Under the pieces are notes generated by a model that was given only the letters and a program-made list of their open reading frames with translations, made no database searches and was not told the origin of the DNA. A stretch of 64,000 bases of DNA from a bacterium (lineage in GTDB: Bacteria; Patescibacteriota; CPR2; UBA1875; JAJYID01): the NCBI GenBank assembly GCA_021790235.1, contig JAJYID010000001.1, positions 43,131-107,130 of the forward strand, given 5' to 3'. The position numbers were made by a program, and so were the translations under genes. Shown here piece after piece: positions 45,804 to 59,140 of this stretch (position 1 is the stretch's first letter; the number at the start of each line of letters is the position of its first letter).

Positions 45804-47135
45804 ATGAACCAAGTATTAGCAATCATTAAAAAAATAATTCCGAGATCTGTTTTTCATCTTTTTCAGCCCGCATATCATTTTTTTCTGGCCTTTACTGGAA
45901 ACATAATTTACGGATTTCCCGGTTATAAAATGACAGTGATAGGTGTGACCGGTACAAACGGCAAAAGTACGACGGTAGAAATTATTACGGATATTTTAAA
46001 AACTACAGGCGAAAAAGTCGGAATGATTTCGACGGTAGATATTGAGATCGCCGGCCACAGAGAAGAAAACAAGATTGGTAGAACTACCATCGGGCGTTGG
46101 GGAACGCACAGACTTATGCGGCAGATGGTTCAGTCTGGCTGCAAATATGCGGTGATTGAAGTGGCGAGCGAAGGCATCGCTTGGCACCGAATCTGGGGTA
46201 TACCTTTTGACGGAGCAGTTTTTACTTGTCTCGCTCCGGAGCACCTGAATTTTCACAAAACAATGGAAAACTATCGAAATACCAAAGGAAAACTTTTTAA
46301 AAAACTCTCGAGCCCATTTAACTTTAAAAAAACAAAGAGAGTCAGCGTGATAAACGCCGATGATAAAGAAGCAGATTATTTCCTATCTTTTAAAGCGGAT
46401 GAGAAATATACATTTGGAATACAAAAAGGCATGGTAAAAGCGAAGAATATAAAATTGGCACCGGATGGAACCAGTTTTGAGATTACCGGCGAGGGTGGGA
46501 ATCATAAAGTTAAAACAAAAGCGCTTGGAAAATTTAATGTTTTGAACGAACTTGCCGCGTATTGCGTGGGTTTAAGTATGGAAGCGGATAAAGCCAAAAT
46601 TATAAAAATTCTTGAAGATTTTTCAGGTACAAGAGGGCGGGCTGAAAAGATTGAGATCGGGCAGAGTTTCAATGTTATAGTTGATTATGCTGTTACGCCG
46701 GATGCCCAAACCGCTTTGTATGAGAGCTTGCAGGGCATTACCAAAGGAAAGCTGATAAGTGTTTTTGGCGCGACGGGGGATAGAGATAAAACCAAACGTC
46801 CGGAGATGGGGAAGACAGCTGCAGAACTTACCGATATTGTAGTGCTGACCGATGATGAAACTTATACCGAAAGCTCGAAGGATATTATTGATGAAGTTTA
46901 TACTGGAGTTCCTGATAATTTAAAAGAGAGAGTAAAGATTGTGCCCGATAGAATGAAAGCCATTAAAAAGGCAATTGATTTAGCAAGTACGGGCGATACA
47001 GTTGTGATCACCGGTATCGGCCATCAGAAATCGCGCAATATGGGCGGCAGGAAAATGCCATGGAATGAAAGGAAAATCATTATGGATCTATTAAAAGATT
47101 TAGACAAATTGAACAAGAAAGGGAGTGGAAAATGA
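45804..47135 (+). CDS. murE: Mur ligase, probable UDP-MurNAc-L-Ala-D-Glu:diamino-acid ligase
   Basis: ATP-binding GVTGTNGKSTT, Mur ligase middle and C-terminal domains, 443 aa. Confidence 0.7.
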   Translation: MNQVLAIIKKIIPRSVFHLFQPAYHFFLAFTGNIIYGFPGYKMTVIGVTGTNGKSTTVEIITDILKTTGEKVGMISTVDIEIAGHREENKIGRTTIGRWGTHRLMRQMVQSGCKYAVIEVASEGIAWHRIWGIPFDGAVFTCLAPEHLNFHKTMENYRNTKGKLFKKLSSPFNFKKTKRVSVINADDKEADYFLSFKADEKYTFGIQKGMVKAKNIKLAPDGTSFEITGEGGNHKVKTKALGKFNVLNELAAYCVGLSMEADKAKIIKILEDFSGTRGRAEKIEIGQSFNVIVDYAVTPDAQTALYESLQGITKGKLISVFGATGDRDKTKRPEMGKTAAELTDIVVLTDDETYTESSKDIIDEVYTGVPDNLKERVKIVPDRMKAIKKAIDLASTGDTVVITGIGHQKSRNMGGRKMPWNERKIIMDLLKDLDKLNKKGSGK

Positions 47136-48559
47136 AAATTAATCCTAATATGTTTCGTGGTTACGACCTTCGCGGTATTGCAGGTCAAGACCTAACGTCT
47201 GAGATAGTAGAGCATATCGGCCGGGCTCACGGTACCTACATGAAACGCCGGGGAATGTCAGAAGCAGTAGTCGGACATGACTGCAGAACTACTAGTGCGG
47301 AATATAGCGATGCTTTAATTCGCGGCTATACGTGGACTGGTGTGAATGTTACAGACATTGGGATGAATCTGGTAGGGATGTTCTACTGGTCACAATACTA
47401 CTTAAAGATTAAAGGCGGCGCTTTTGTGACCGCTTCGCATAATCCACCTGAGTATAACGGTTTTAAATTTGCCTGCGACTACAGTGAAACGTTGGTTAGC
47501 GATGGAATGCAAGAGTTAAGGCGGATGGTTGAAGAAGAGGATTATGAACAGGGCGAGAAACCGGGTCAGGTTGTACAACAAGATATTAGGGAAATTTATT
47601 TTAGCGATATTTTAAAGAGAGTACCTCTAAAAAAGAAATTCAAAGTTGTAGTTGATCCCAGCTGTTCGACTGCCGGTGGGATAGTACCTCAGATTTTGAG
47701 AAAGGCTGGGTGTGAAGTAGTAGAAAAAAACTGTGAAATTGATCCGTCATTTCCGCTCGGAACACCTGACCCGACGGAATCTAAGGTGGCAAATAGAATT
47801 CGACAAGAAGTTCTGGATGCTCAAGCTGATATCGGATTTTCATATGACGCTGACGGAGATCGGATAGGCATCATTGATGAAAAGGGCGATATCATTTGGA
47901 ATGATGTTTTAGTAGCGCTTTTTGCCAGTGATGTTTTAGCTGGCCATCCGGGAGCTAAAATTATGTACAATACCCTTTGCTCGAAAGTAGTAGAAGATAC
48001 GATAAAAGAAAAGGGTGGTGTACCTTTTATGTGGCGGACCGGGCATTCATTTTTAAAAAAGAAAAATCAAGAGGTAAAAGCGGCTTTTATTGGTGAACTT
48101 TCCGGGCATTTCTTTTTCAGCGCCGACTTCTATAACCATGATGACGGCATATATTCTACAATGCGTCTTCTGAAGTATCTGGTGGAGACAAACCAGTCGC
48201 TTTCTGAAGCGGTCGACAAACTGCCGAATTATATATCTAGCCCTGAAATAAAGATTGGATGTGCCGATGACAAGAAAATTGCCCTAATAGAAAAGATAAG
48301 CACAGTTTTAGAAAAAGACTTTCCAGAAGCGGAAGTTATAGGAGATGAAAGAGCGGGGGACGGAGTTCGTCTTAATATAGATGATTCCATGTTCGTGGTG
48401 CGGTACTCTCAGAATGGGCCTTACCTGACAGTTAAGTTTGAAGCCAAAACTCAGGGAAAGTACAACTCTCTAAGGGATTACCTAAACAGGCTCTTGCATG
48501 GATACAAAGAGATCAGCTGGGTAAATGATACGATCAATGCTGAGGCTTTAGAACACTAG
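47132..48559 (+). CDS. phosphomannomutase/phosphoglucomutase-family phosphohexomutase
   Basis: Active-site loop FVTASHNPPEYNGFKF, metal-binding DADGDR and 475 aa length. Confidence 0.75.
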   Translation: MKINPNMFRGYDLRGIAGQDLTSEIVEHIGRAHGTYMKRRGMSEAVVGHDCRTTSAEYSDALIRGYTWTGVNVTDIGMNLVGMFYWSQYYLKIKGGAFVTASHNPPEYNGFKFACDYSETLVSDGMQELRRMVEEEDYEQGEKPGQVVQQDIREIYFSDILKRVPLKKKFKVVVDPSCSTAGGIVPQILRKAGCEVVEKNCEIDPSFPLGTPDPTESKVANRIRQEVLDAQADIGFSYDADGDRIGIIDEKGDIIWNDVLVALFASDVLAGHPGAKIMYNTLCSKVVEDTIKEKGGVPFMWRTGHSFLKKKNQEVKAAFIGELSGHFFFSADFYNHDDGIYSTMRLLKYLVETNQSLSEAVDKLPNYISSPEIKIGCADDKKIALIEKISTVLEKDFPEAEVIGDERAGDGVRLNIDDSMFVVRYSQNGPYLTVKFEAKTQGKYNSLRDYLNRLLHGYKEISWVNDTINAEALEH

Positions 48560-49544
48560 TCCTACTGCTTTCTTGATCCGCTTTAATGTAGCTTGGGCGC
48601 GGGGCGCGACAGTTTCTGCCCCTTCTTTTAGAACTTTTTTGACATAATCTTCGTTTTTGTCATATTCGGCAAGTTTGGCTTGAATCGGTGCAAGCATCTC
48701 TATTACTGAATCAGCGACATCTGATTTAAACTGGTCATAGTTAGAGCTCACACTTTTTTTTTCTAATTGTGGGATTGGTGTATCTGTTGCAACCGACATT
48801 ATATTTAAGAGGTTTGAAATGCCGGGTTTCTTTTCTTTATCGAATTTGATTTTATTGTCGGAATCGGTGACGGCTCGAGAAAATTTCTTTCGAATTGTTT
48901 CGGCATTGTCACGTAAATAGATTGAATTATTTGGATTCACATCGCTTTTTGCCATTTTTTTTGTTGGTTCTCCGAGTTTCATTATTTTGGCACCTGTCTT
49001 TTTTATTATTGGCTCAGGAACAGTAAATAACCTATCGAACTTTTTATTCATCCTTTCTGCAATATTACGAGTAAGTTCAACGTGTTGTTTTTGATCCTCG
49101 CCCACAGGTACTTCATCAGTATCATATAGTAAGATATCTGCTGCCATGAGTACAGGATAGTCAAATAGGCCGACAGTGACATTTTTCTTTTTTTCTCTGT
49201 ATTGATCTTTGAATTGAGTCATGCGGCTGGCTTCGCCAAAGTAAGTAAAACAATTTAAAATCCAGGTAAGTTCTGAATGTTCAGGTCGGTCAGATTGAAT
49301 AAAGAAAGCGGATTTCTTTGGATCTAAACCTGCAGCCAAATAAATTTTTGCAAACTCCAAATTTCTTCTTTTAACCTCTTTAGGGTCTTGGGGTACTGTA
49401 ATTGAATGAAGGTCTACAATACAAAAAATATTTTCTTTTTCATCTTGAGAGGCCACCCAGTTTACTAAGGCACCCATGTAATTGCCAATAGTAAAATCTC
49501 CGCTAGGTTTAATACCTGAAAAAACTCTTTTCTTATTACTCATG
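48548..49544 (-). CDS. trpS: tryptophan--tRNA ligase
   Basis: SGIKPSGDFTIGNYMGAL (HIGH-class motif) and KMAKSD (KMSKS). The track ORF uses an upstream TTG; the ATG Met at 49544 (MSNKKR) is the likely start. Confidence 0.85.
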
Positions 49545-49595
49545 GCTATAAATATAGCAGGGAAAGGCAAAACAGTAAACTATTAAAGCTGAAAT

Positions 49596-49631
49596 TTTTC
49601 TTGACACTAGATAAGCCATTTGATATATTAA
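49596..49631 (+). promoter_or_regulatory. sigma70-like promoter of groES (-35 TTGACA, 17 nt spacer, -10 TATATT)
   Basis: TTGACActagataagccatttgaTATATT, seen directly. Confidence 0.55.
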
Positions 49632-49632
49632 T

Positions 49633-49659
49633 TTAGCACTCATGGTATGAGAGTGCTAA
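49633..49659 (+). promoter_or_regulatory. CIRCE operator (HrcA-binding inverted repeat)
   Basis: TTAGCACTC-ATGGTATGA-GAGTGCTAA is a perfect match to the TTAGCACTC-N9-GAGTGCTAA consensus. It lies between the promoter and groES. Confidence 0.8.
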
Positions 49660-49769
49660 GATAAACTTAAGATACTATTAAATTGTCATCCTTGAGTCCC
49701 GATTGGTCGGGGTGAAGGATCTAGAGATTCTTCGTTTCACTCAGAATGACGGAAACAGGAGAGTTTACT

Positions 49770-50033
49770 ATGGCAAAGTTAAAACCACTAGCTGATAAGA
49801 TTGTTGTTGAAAGAACTCAGGCAGTTGAGAAAACTGCCGGAGGTATTGTTATCCCCGACACCGCCAAAGAAAAACCCGAGCAGGGCAAGGTGATATCAGT
49901 CGGTCAAGACGTCAAAGAAGTTAAAGGCGGCGATAAAGTTCTTTTCGGCAAATATTCGCCGACTGAAGTTAAAATTGACGGAAAAGAATATTTGCTTATT
50001 AAAGAAGAAGATGTACTGGCAATTGTTGGGTAA
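49770..50033 (+). CDS. groES: co-chaperonin GroES
   Basis: [36 protein letters not shown]... with AGGAGAG RBS. The track ORF starts at an upstream in-frame codon. Confidence 0.9.
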   Translation: MAKLKPLADKIVVERTQAVEKTAGGIVIPDTAKEKPEQGKVISVGQDVKEVKGGDKVLFGKYSPTEVKIDGKEYLLIKEEDVLAIVG

Positions 50034-50157
50034 CAATTGCAATACTTAATTAATAATTTCTAATCAATTCATAAATATTGAAAGAAGAATTCTGGGCAAG
50101 ACAGAATGACAATTCAACAAAAAACAATTAGAACTAATGACTGAAAGGAGTTACTAA

Positions 50158-51783
<1,626 letters not shown>

Positions 51784-51865
51784 ATAAAAAGCCCTTTAAA
51801 AGGTCTTTTTTTAAATGCTCAATTTACAATTTTCATTGATTTACAAAGGCATTAATTCTCAAACC

Positions 51866-51891
51866 ACTAAACTAAACCGGTTTAGTTTAGT
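51866..51891 (+). terminator. perfect palindrome ACTAAACTAAACC|GGTTTAGTTTAGT after groEL
   Basis: 13-bp perfect inverted repeat seen directly. The downstream T-run is weak. Confidence 0.4.
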
Positions 51892-52062
51892 ACTGAAGTC
51901 ATTTTTATTAGGGTTATCGAGGTGCACTTCAGGAGCAGATAAAAACAGCATAAAAACATACTGGATAATGAGCGACACTATGCAAAAGAGCAGCGGTTTT
52001 GCTCTTTTGCTTTTTAGAGAAAATTATTTATGTTAGAATGTCCTTATTGATTTGGAGCAAAA

Positions 52063-53229
52063 ATGATTAAATTTGATTTTAATGGTTTAAGATCTCAAAA
52101 GGAAGTCAAGATACAGTCTGATGATTTTGATTTTACTCGGGTTCAGCCGAACATGGATATAATCCTTGAAATTGCCGGAAAGTACGGCAATTTAAAAAAC
52201 CTAGTTTTAATTGCTCGCGGAGGCTCTGTCTCTACTTTTCGGGCTTTCTGGGAAGGTTACGGCAAATACATTTCCGATAAAAATGTATATTTTGTAGACA
52301 CGGTCGACCCGGACTATATTTTCTACGTCAAAGACAAATGCACACCACAGGATTCACTAGTGATCTCTATTTCCAAGTCTGGTATCACCGTCGATGTCCT
52401 CGAAACTGTCTTTGCTTTTTCTGATTTCACCCAGGTGGTTATTACAAGCGGCGATAATAATCCTTTAAATGGTATAGCTAAAGAAATGGGTTATGATGTG
52501 ATTATCCATCCTGAAATCGGTGGCAGATTTTCCGGGTTAACCGAGGCAGGTCTTTTCCCGTCTTTACTCTGTGGTTTGGATATTTCAGAAATTAGAAATG
52601 GAGCTTTAGAAGGATATAATGATTTTACTTCACCGGCCAATGATGTTCTTACATTATCATCAGTTGTAAAAGAATTATCCGATAAAGGTTATGATCAGAT
52701 TTTCTGGCCTTTTTACTCCAAAAGACTAGCCGCTTTCTCTGAGCTCGCGGCTCAGCTTATAAATGAGTCAGTTGCAAAAGACGGAAAAGGAATCAGTACT
52801 ATTATCGCAGAAGGTCCGGAAAGCCAACACTATTTAAATCAAAGGTTTTTTGGCGGGCCTAAAAATATGTTCGGTCTTTTTACTACTGTTACTAGTTTTA
52901 ATGAAGAAGAAAAAGTTATAATACCCGATAATCTGCAGGATTTGTCGCTTAGAGATGGAAGATTGGGAGACTTAAATGGAATGAATCTAGCGGATAGTAT
53001 AAAGTTTGAACTTCAAGGCACATTTGAGGAAACAAAAAATGGAAATATTCCTGCAGTAAAAATTGAAGTTGAAAAGGTTGATGAGTTTAACTTGGGTTAT
53101 TTTACAGCATTTCTACAGGTCTTTGCCGTATATCTCGCTAAAGCATTTGAAGTGAATCCATTTGACCAGCCGGAAGTTGAAGGTGCGAAAAAAATCAGTT
53201 TTGAGGCAAGAAAGAACTATAAAAAGTAA
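52063..53229 (+). CDS. pgi: glucose-6-phosphate isomerase (short-form PGI)
   Basis: SISKSGITVDVLET matches the PGI SKSG.T.ET signature. 388 aa. Confidence 0.7.
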   Translation: MIKFDFNGLRSQKEVKIQSDDFDFTRVQPNMDIILEIAGKYGNLKNLVLIARGGSVSTFRAFWEGYGKYISDKNVYFVDTVDPDYIFYVKDKCTPQDSLVISISKSGITVDVLETVFAFSDFTQVVITSGDNNPLNGIAKEMGYDVIIHPEIGGRFSGLTEAGLFPSLLCGLDISEIRNGALEGYNDFTSPANDVLTLSSVVKELSDKGYDQIFWPFYSKRLAAFSELAAQLINESVAKDGKGISTIIAEGPESQHYLNQRFFGGPKNMFGLFTTVTSFNEEEKVIIPDNLQDLSLRDGRLGDLNGMNLADSIKFELQGTFEETKNGNIPAVKIEVEKVDEFNLGYFTAFLQVFAVYLAKAFEVNPFDQPEVEGAKKISFEARKNYKK

Positions 53230-53280
53230 ATAGACTCTGTTATAATCGCCAAACTAAAGGTAAACTCGGGCTTTATATTT

Positions 53281-55029
53281 ATGTCCAATGAAGTAGAGGA
53301 AATAAAAGATAAGCTGGATATAGTTGACTATGTCGGCAGAGTGGTGCAGCTGAAAAAGAATGGTGTAAACTTTAAAGGTTTGTGCCCTTTTCACAGTGAA
53401 AAAACGCCCTCCTTTATAGTAAGCCAGGACAAACAGATATTTCATTGTTTCGGATGTAACGAAGGCGGAGACATCTTTACTTGGGTAATGAAGATAGACG
53501 GGATGGAGTTTGGTGAAGCCTTAAAAAAACTGGCTTCAGATGCCGGAGTTACTTTGACTCGTAACTATAATCCTGCGCAAAACGACAGGAGAGAAAAATT
53601 ATTTCTGACCAATGAAGAAACTTGTAAATTTTTTCAGAAAAATTTGCAAGCACCGATTGGTAAAAAGGCCTTAGATTATTTAAAAAAAAGAAAATTGAAC
53701 GATAAAACAATTAAAGAATTTAGACTTGGTTATGCCCCGGGGGGTAATGCTCTTTTAAAAAAATTAATAGCCGAAGGTTATAGTAAAGCAGACCTTGTGA
53801 ATGCTGGCGTCACAAAAATTAGAGACAGCAAACTGGTGGATCAGTTTAGAAACCGCGTGACTTTTCCTATTATTAATTCCGGTGGTCGAGTAGTTGGTTT
53901 TTCAGCTAGAGTTTTGGGTGATGCTTTACCCAAATATATCAATACGCCTTCCACCGATATATATGACAAGTCAGCGATTCTATATGGTATTTGTCAGGCT
54001 AAAGAAGCTATCCGTAAACAAAATCATACTATTATTGTTGAGGGTAACATGGATGTAATCGCTTCCCATCAAGCCGGTGTGAAGAACGTGGTAGCATCAA
54101 GCGGTACGGCGTTAACTGAACGTCAGCTTGATATTTTAAAAAAATTTAGTCCAAATATAAAACTCGCCTTTGATATAGATCCAGCAGGAGACTTAGCGAC
54201 TAGGCGCGCTATCGAGATTGCATTCAGCAAGGGTATCAATGTAAAGATTATTGTTATACCTGAAGGGAAAGACCCAGCTGAAGTAGTGGCAAAAAATGCT
54301 AAAGTCTGGATTGAGTCGGTTAAAAAAGCAGAGTATGTCATGGATTATTTATTTAATAAATTATTTATCGATGAAAACCTCAATGATATTTTGAAAAAGA
54401 AAAAAGCGACTCGAGAATTTTTAGCTTTTATAGCAAAGATCGATGATTTTGTAGAAAAAGAACATTACATAAAAAAATTAGCTGATAAAATAAAGGTCAA
54501 CGAAGATTCTATCAGAGGGAGCCTAAAGCCCAAGAAAGATAATCCAGCGAATCAAGATGAAAAAAAGAAGACTGCTTCAAAAAATGATTTGAGAGAAAGA
54601 ATTGAAAAGAGAATATTAGCTTTAGGATTAAATAACCCCAAAAATCTACCATTGATCATAAAAGAGCTGCCTGAGGAGGATTTTAAAAAACCAGAAACCA
54701 TAATGCTTTACAAAAAGGTAAAAAATCATTATAATTTGTCAAAAGGTTTTGATCTTAAAAGTTTTGGCAAGCTTTTTAGCAAAGAAGAAGCCGAGAGTAT
54801 GAATGTTTTACTTTTAAAGTGCGAACTAGAAACAGAAGACCTGACTCAAGGAGAAATAAGTGATGAGATTTTCTATCTGGTTAAAAAAATAAGAAAATTA
54901 AACATTCAGAATGAAAAGGCAAAGTTAGCGGAGGACATAAAAAAAGCCGAAGCCAGGAAGGATAATAAATGGGAAAAAAAACTGATCGAAAAAATGCAGC
55001 TGCTTCTAAAAAAGGAACAAAAACTGTAA
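53281..55029 (+). CDS. dnaG: DNA primase
   Basis: CHC2 zinc finger [11 protein letters not shown]...HCFGC and a TOPRIM domain ([16 protein letters not shown]). Confidence 0.9.
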   Translation: MSNEVEEIKDKLDIVDYVGRVVQLKKNGVNFKGLCPFHSEKTPSFIVSQDKQIFHCFGCNEGGDIFTWVMKIDGMEFGEALKKLASDAGVTLTRNYNPAQNDRREKLFLTNEETCKFFQKNLQAPIGKKALDYLKKRKLNDKTIKEFRLGYAPGGNALLKKLIAEGYSKADLVNAGVTKIRDSKLVDQFRNRVTFPIINSGGRVVGFSARVLGDALPKYINTPSTDIYDKSAILYGICQAKEAIRKQNHTIIVEGNMDVIASHQAGVKNVVASSGTALTERQLDILKKFSPNIKLAFDIDPAGDLATRRAIEIAFSKGINVKIIVIPEGKDPAEVVAKNAKVWIESVKKAEYVMDYLFNKLFIDENLNDILKKKKATREFLAFIAKIDDFVEKEHYIKKLADKIKVNEDSIRGSLKPKKDNPANQDEKKKTASKNDLRERIEKRILALGLNNPKNLPLIIKELPEEDFKKPETIMLYKKVKNHYNLSKGFDLKSFGKLFSKEEAESMNVLLLKCELETEDLTQGEISDEIFYLVKKIRKLNIQNEKAKLAEDIKKAEARKDNKWEKKLIEKMQLLLKKEQKL

Positions 55030-56201
55030 AGAAAATAGTACAGAAGTCAGCAAAAAAAACTAGAGTTCAACCGGTGTCGAAAAAAATTGAAAAGATAAAG
55101 ACGGTCGAGAAAAAAACTCAGGATGAAACGTTTGAAAATAAAGAAACAACACTTTTAAAAAAAGGTAAGGCTCAAGGGTTCGTGACCCAAGACGAAATTT
55201 TAGCAATTTTCCCCGATGTTGAAGAGAATATCGAGCAACTCGATGAAATCTATGCTGATCTCTCTGAAAAGGGTATTGATGTTATAGATAGTAGAGAAAA
55301 AATGATTTGGGGGGATAAGGCAGAATTTGGTTCAGAAACAGACGAGAAAGATATAACAGTTGAAGTGAGCGATTTCGCTGATGATTCAGTGAGAATGTAT
55401 TTGAGAGAAATTGGAAAAATCCCGCTGCTTACAAGAGAAGAAGAAGTTACATTAGCAAAAAGAGTAGCTGAAGGCGACTTGTCAGCTAAAAAGGATCTTA
55501 CGAAAGCAAACTTAAGATTAGTTGTTTCTATTGCCAAAAAATTTATGGGACGAGGCTTGGATCTGCTTGATTTAATCGAGGAAGGTAATACTGGTCTTAT
55601 GCGAGCGGTTGAAAAATTTGATTATACTAAAGGTTTTAAATTTTCAACTTATGCAACGTGGTGGATTAGGCAGGCTATAACTCGCGCTATAGCTGACCAA
55701 GCCAGAACTATCCGGATTCCGGTTCATATGGTAGAAACTATTAATAAACTTTTAAGGACAAAAAGGAGGCTACTACAGGATCTTGGTCGGGAACCTTTGC
55801 CTGAAGAATTGGCGACTGAGATGGAAATGGATGTAGCTAAAATAAATCACATTCTGAAAATATCTCAAGATACGGTATCAATTGATGCGCAGATTGGTGA
55901 AGAGGAAGATTCACGTTTAGCAGATTTCATAGAAGATCAGGAAGCAGTTACTCCAGCTGAAGCGGCCACTAGCGAACTCTTGAAGGAAAACATTAAACAA
56001 GTTTTGGAATTTTTGACTCCGAGAGAACAAAAGATTTTACGAATGCGCTTTGGCCTTGATGATGGTCATGGCCATACATTAGAAGAAACCGGTCAGGAGT
56101 TTGGAGTCACCAGAGAAAGAATTCGTCAGATCGAGGCTAAAGCCCTTATGAAACTACGCAAACATAGGGAAAGTAAAAAACTACAGGATTATTTGCGTTA
56201 G
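54969..56201 (+). CDS. rpoD: RNA polymerase sigma-70 factor RpoD
   Basis: Region 1.2/2 ([21 protein letters not shown]...[44 protein letters not shown]), region 3 and region 4 ([15 protein letters not shown]). Lys-rich N-terminal extension. Overlaps the dnaG 3' end by 61 nt, so the true start may lie downstream. Confidence 0.9.
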   Translation: MGKKTDRKNAAASKKGTKTVKKIVQKSAKKTRVQPVSKKIEKIKTVEKKTQDETFENKETTLLKKGKAQGFVTQDEILAIFPDVEENIEQLDEIYADLSEKGIDVIDSREKMIWGDKAEFGSETDEKDITVEVSDFADDSVRMYLREIGKIPLLTREEEVTLAKRVAEGDLSAKKDLTKANLRLVVSIAKKFMGRGLDLLDLIEEGNTGLMRAVEKFDYTKGFKFSTYATWWIRQAITRAIADQARTIRIPVHMVETINKLLRTKRRLLQDLGREPLPEELATEMEMDVAKINHILKISQDTVSIDAQIGEEEDSRLADFIEDQEAVTPAEAATSELLKENIKQVLEFLTPREQKILRMRFGLDDGHGHTLEETGQEFGVTRERIRQIEAKALMKLRKHRESKKLQDYLR

Positions 56202-56210
56202 TTTGTCCCT

Positions 56211-57404
56211 CTAAATTGCTGGCATTGGGGAACTGCTAGGAGAAAAAATTGGAAGAGGTTGATCCTTGATGTTAAAGGTATCTTTATAAGAAACGGCATT
56301 AGCTGGTTGTTGAAATGTAAAACCTTTGTTGATATCAGAAACCTGTAATGCAAGATCTACTATCATATCTTTAGTATTTAGAGTGAGATCAAGCCGATGA
56401 ATGGTATGATCTTTTTTACCAATCAAAAAATCGCCATTTATACTACTAATGTTTTGGGAGAGATATTGTTTTAGGTCAGACTTTTCACCAGTTGTAAGTA
56501 TAGTACCATTCTCATCTAAATAAGTTATTAGATTGTCAGAAAGATTATTTTTATCAAGATTAAAAATAAACTGGTTACAGTTGACTCCACTCACACTCTC
56601 GTCGGTGATTTTTTGAAAGCTTTTAAATATTTTAGCTTCAGACATTGAATCACTAAGACTCATGTTTGATTTTGGTTTTGAAGCTGCATCTGCTGTTGGA
56701 GATTTTTTATTTTTTTCAGCTTGAGTTTCAAAGTAGAACCATTTGTCTTGTATTTTTGGTTGCCCTGGTTTATCAGGGCTAGGAAATTTGGATAGTTTAA
56801 AATATAAATCATCTTTATTACTCAAAAGTTCAACTTGAGGGCTGGTATAACCGGCAGGCACCTCGATTTTAATGGTGAGATCACTATTAAATCCTTTCGT
56901 CAAGTCAAAATTGCCATTTGTTAAAAAAGCTAGTTCTGTTAAATTTTCTTGTGATTTATTAGATGCCCCAGCAACTGGTTTTAAAACTAGTCTACCTTCA
57001 AGATGACCGGAGTTAATTTTACCTAGACTGGATAGGGTGAGGTATTTAGTTAATATTGGGTTAAAGTAAGAATATGCAAATACACCGCCAATAATTAAAA
57101 GTATTCCTACAAAAACCGATCCTGTAATGGCAAACATCTTTTTTTTGCTGAGAAATGTTTTTATTTCCATATCCGAACCGGAAATTCCCGCAAAATTTGA
57201 TGTTTGTGGGTTAATAGTATTTGTATAGATATCATTAAGATTGTTAATGATTAAATTACCAATTGACGTAAAAGCTTCTCCAATCTGCAGATCCTGCCAA
57301 CCTGTTGATTTCAATTTTAGCTTTATATCAGTGTCACTCATTCCAAGTTCTCGGCAGCTTTCGATATATTCAATTAGTTTTGGATCTACCAACATACACC
57401 TCAA
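56211..57404 (-). CDS. membrane-anchored protein, paralog family A (shared with 29300..30328)
   Basis: Shares the N-terminal motif (LIEYIESCRELGMSDTDIKLKLKSTGWQ) and C-terminal motif (DFLIGKKDHTIHRLDLTL) with the 29300 protein, with a single transmembrane helix between. Confidence 0.45.
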   Translation of the reverse strand: MRCMLVDPKLIEYIESCRELGMSDTDIKLKLKSTGWQDLQIGEAFTSIGNLIINNLNDIYTNTINPQTSNFAGISGSDMEIKTFLSKKKMFAITGSVFVGILLIIGGVFAYSYFNPILTKYLTLSSLGKINSGHLEGRLVLKPVAGASNKSQENLTELAFLTNGNFDLTKGFNSDLTIKIEVPAGYTSPQVELLSNKDDLYFKLSKFPSPDKPGQPKIQDKWFYFETQAEKNKKSPTADAASKPKSNMSLSDSMSEAKIFKSFQKITDESVSGVNCNQFIFNLDKNNLSDNLITYLDENGTILTTGEKSDLKQYLSQNISSINGDFLIGKKDHTIHRLDLTLNTKDMIVDLALQVSDINKGFTFQQPANAVSYKDTFNIKDQPLPIFSPSSSPMPAI

Positions 57405-57484
57405 TAAAACATAATAGTAAAAGCATTTTCATTATAATTACTTAATTATTTCTTGCCAAGTATTAGATAAAAAATCAATATTTT

Positions 57485-58093
57485 TTAAAGGAATTTTTCT
57501 AGGATTATTTTTTTATAGGTATCATAAGAGAAGCCTTTTCGGATTAAAGCTTCATAAAGTTTTTTCTTTTGAATGATCTTCTCACTTTTCTCGTATTTTT
57601 TTAAAACTCGATCTGCAATTTTGCTTGCATTTTTCAGTTCTAACTCTTCATCCTTATTCTCAAGGTGTTTTTCTATCAAATCTTTATCTACTCCCTTTTT
57701 TAAAAGTTCCAGCTTAATCAGTTTTTTTCCTTTTTTGCTTTGTTCAACATACCTTTCGGTAAAATTTTTATCATTTATGAGATTGATTGTTTTAAGCTTT
57801 TGTATGACTTTATTAACAATCTGCAAATCAAATTTTTTGGAGAGTTTGGCGGAAATTTCTTTTTGAGTGTGGCTGCGATAAGATAATATATTTAAAGCAT
57901 TATCAAAAGCTTTACTAAAAATGTCAGCTTGTTTGGCTTTCTCGATATCACGGCTCGTCAGTTTATCTCCTTTCTTAATAAAGGTATCGTTTAAAACTTT
58001 GGCAGCTAAAGAAAGGCTGTAAAAACCATCGAGATAGATATTGTATCTATCTCTTTTGGTTTGTTTTTCTATTTTTGTGACTTGGCACATCAT
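57485..58093 (-). CDS. recX: recombination regulator RecX
   Basis: Three-repeat helical RecX pattern. Directly downstream of recA. Confidence 0.7.
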   Translation of the reverse strand: MMCQVTKIEKQTKRDRYNIYLDGFYSLSLAAKVLNDTFIKKGDKLTSRDIEKAKQADIFSKAFDNALNILSYRSHTQKEISAKLSKKFDLQIVNKVIQKLKTINLINDKNFTERYVEQSKKGKKLIKLELLKKGVDKDLIEKHLENKDEELELKNASKIADRVLKKYEKSEKIIQKKKLYEALIRKGFSYDTYKKIILEKFL

Positions 58094-59094
58094 TATTTTT
58101 TGAAGTATTTATTGCGGATAGTTTTTTCTAATTCTTCAGAGATTTTTGGATTATCCTTCAAAAACTGTTTTGCCGCTTCTCTGCCTTGACCGATTTTCTT
58201 TTCCTTATATTCATACCATGCTCCGCTTTTTTTAGCTAAATCTTCTTTTACTGCCAGATCAAGAATATCACCGTATTTTGAAATACCTTCATTATACATA
58301 ATGTCAAACTCGGCTGACCGAAAAGGCGGTGCAACTTTGTTTTTAACAACTTTGATAGCTACATGATTGCCAATAACATTGTCTCCATCCTTAATCTGTT
58401 CTTTTCTGCGGATATCCATTCTAACTGAAGAATAAAACTTAAGAGCATTCCCGCCAGTAGTTACTTCAGGATTCCCAAACATAACACCAATTTTCATTCT
58501 TAACTGATTAATAAAAATAAGGGTTGTATTAGATTTTGCGATTGCGCCTGTTAGTTTCCTGAGTGCCTGCGACATTAATCTGGCCTGCAGACCAAGATGT
58601 GAATCTCCCATATCTCCTTCTATTTCAGAGCGAGGCACAAGTGCGGCGACAGAGTCGACTACAATAATATCTACAGCATTAGATCGTATAAGAGTCTCGG
58701 TAATTTCCAGAGCTTGTTCACCTGTATCCGGCTGAGAAATTAAAAGTTTATCAATATCTACACCAATATTTTTAGCGTATTCCGTATCCAAGGCATGTTC
58801 AGCATCTATAAATGCAGCAGTGCCTCCATTTTTCTGAGATTCTGTGATGATGTGATAGGCTAAAGTAGTCTTTCCACTGGACTCAGGACCGTAAACTTCT
58901 ATAATTCTTCCTTTTGGCACACCACCGACACCTAAAGCTATGTCCAGTGAGAGTGATCCGGTTGGTATTACCTGGACATCCAAGGCTTTTTTGTCTCCTA
59001 GTTTCATGATCGATCCTTTGCCGAATTGCTTTTCAATCTGATCTACCGCCATCTGGATAGCTTGTACTTTTCCTGATTTTTCGTCTGTCATCAT
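58093..59094 (-). CDS. recA: recombinase RecA
   Basis: Walker [13 protein letters not shown]1/L2 loops and the canonical RecA sequence. Confidence 0.95.
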   Translation of the reverse strand: MMTDEKSGKVQAIQMAVDQIEKQFGKGSIMKLGDKKALDVQVIPTGSLSLDIALGVGGVPKGRIIEVYGPESSGKTTLAYHIITESQKNGGTAAFIDAEHALDTEYAKNIGVDIDKLLISQPDTGEQALEITETLIRSNAVDIIVVDSVAALVPRSEIEGDMGDSHLGLQARLMSQALRKLTGAIAKSNTTLIFINQLRMKIGVMFGNPEVTTGGNALKFYSSVRMDIRRKEQIKDGDNVIGNHVAIKVVKNKVAPPFRSAEFDIMYNEGISKYGDILDLAVKEDLAKKSGAWYEYKEKKIGQGREAAKQFLKDNPKISEELEKTIRNKYFKK

Positions 59095-59140
59095 TTCCTC
59101 CTAATTCTTGTCTTAGAGAATCTAACGTTTAAATTAATTA

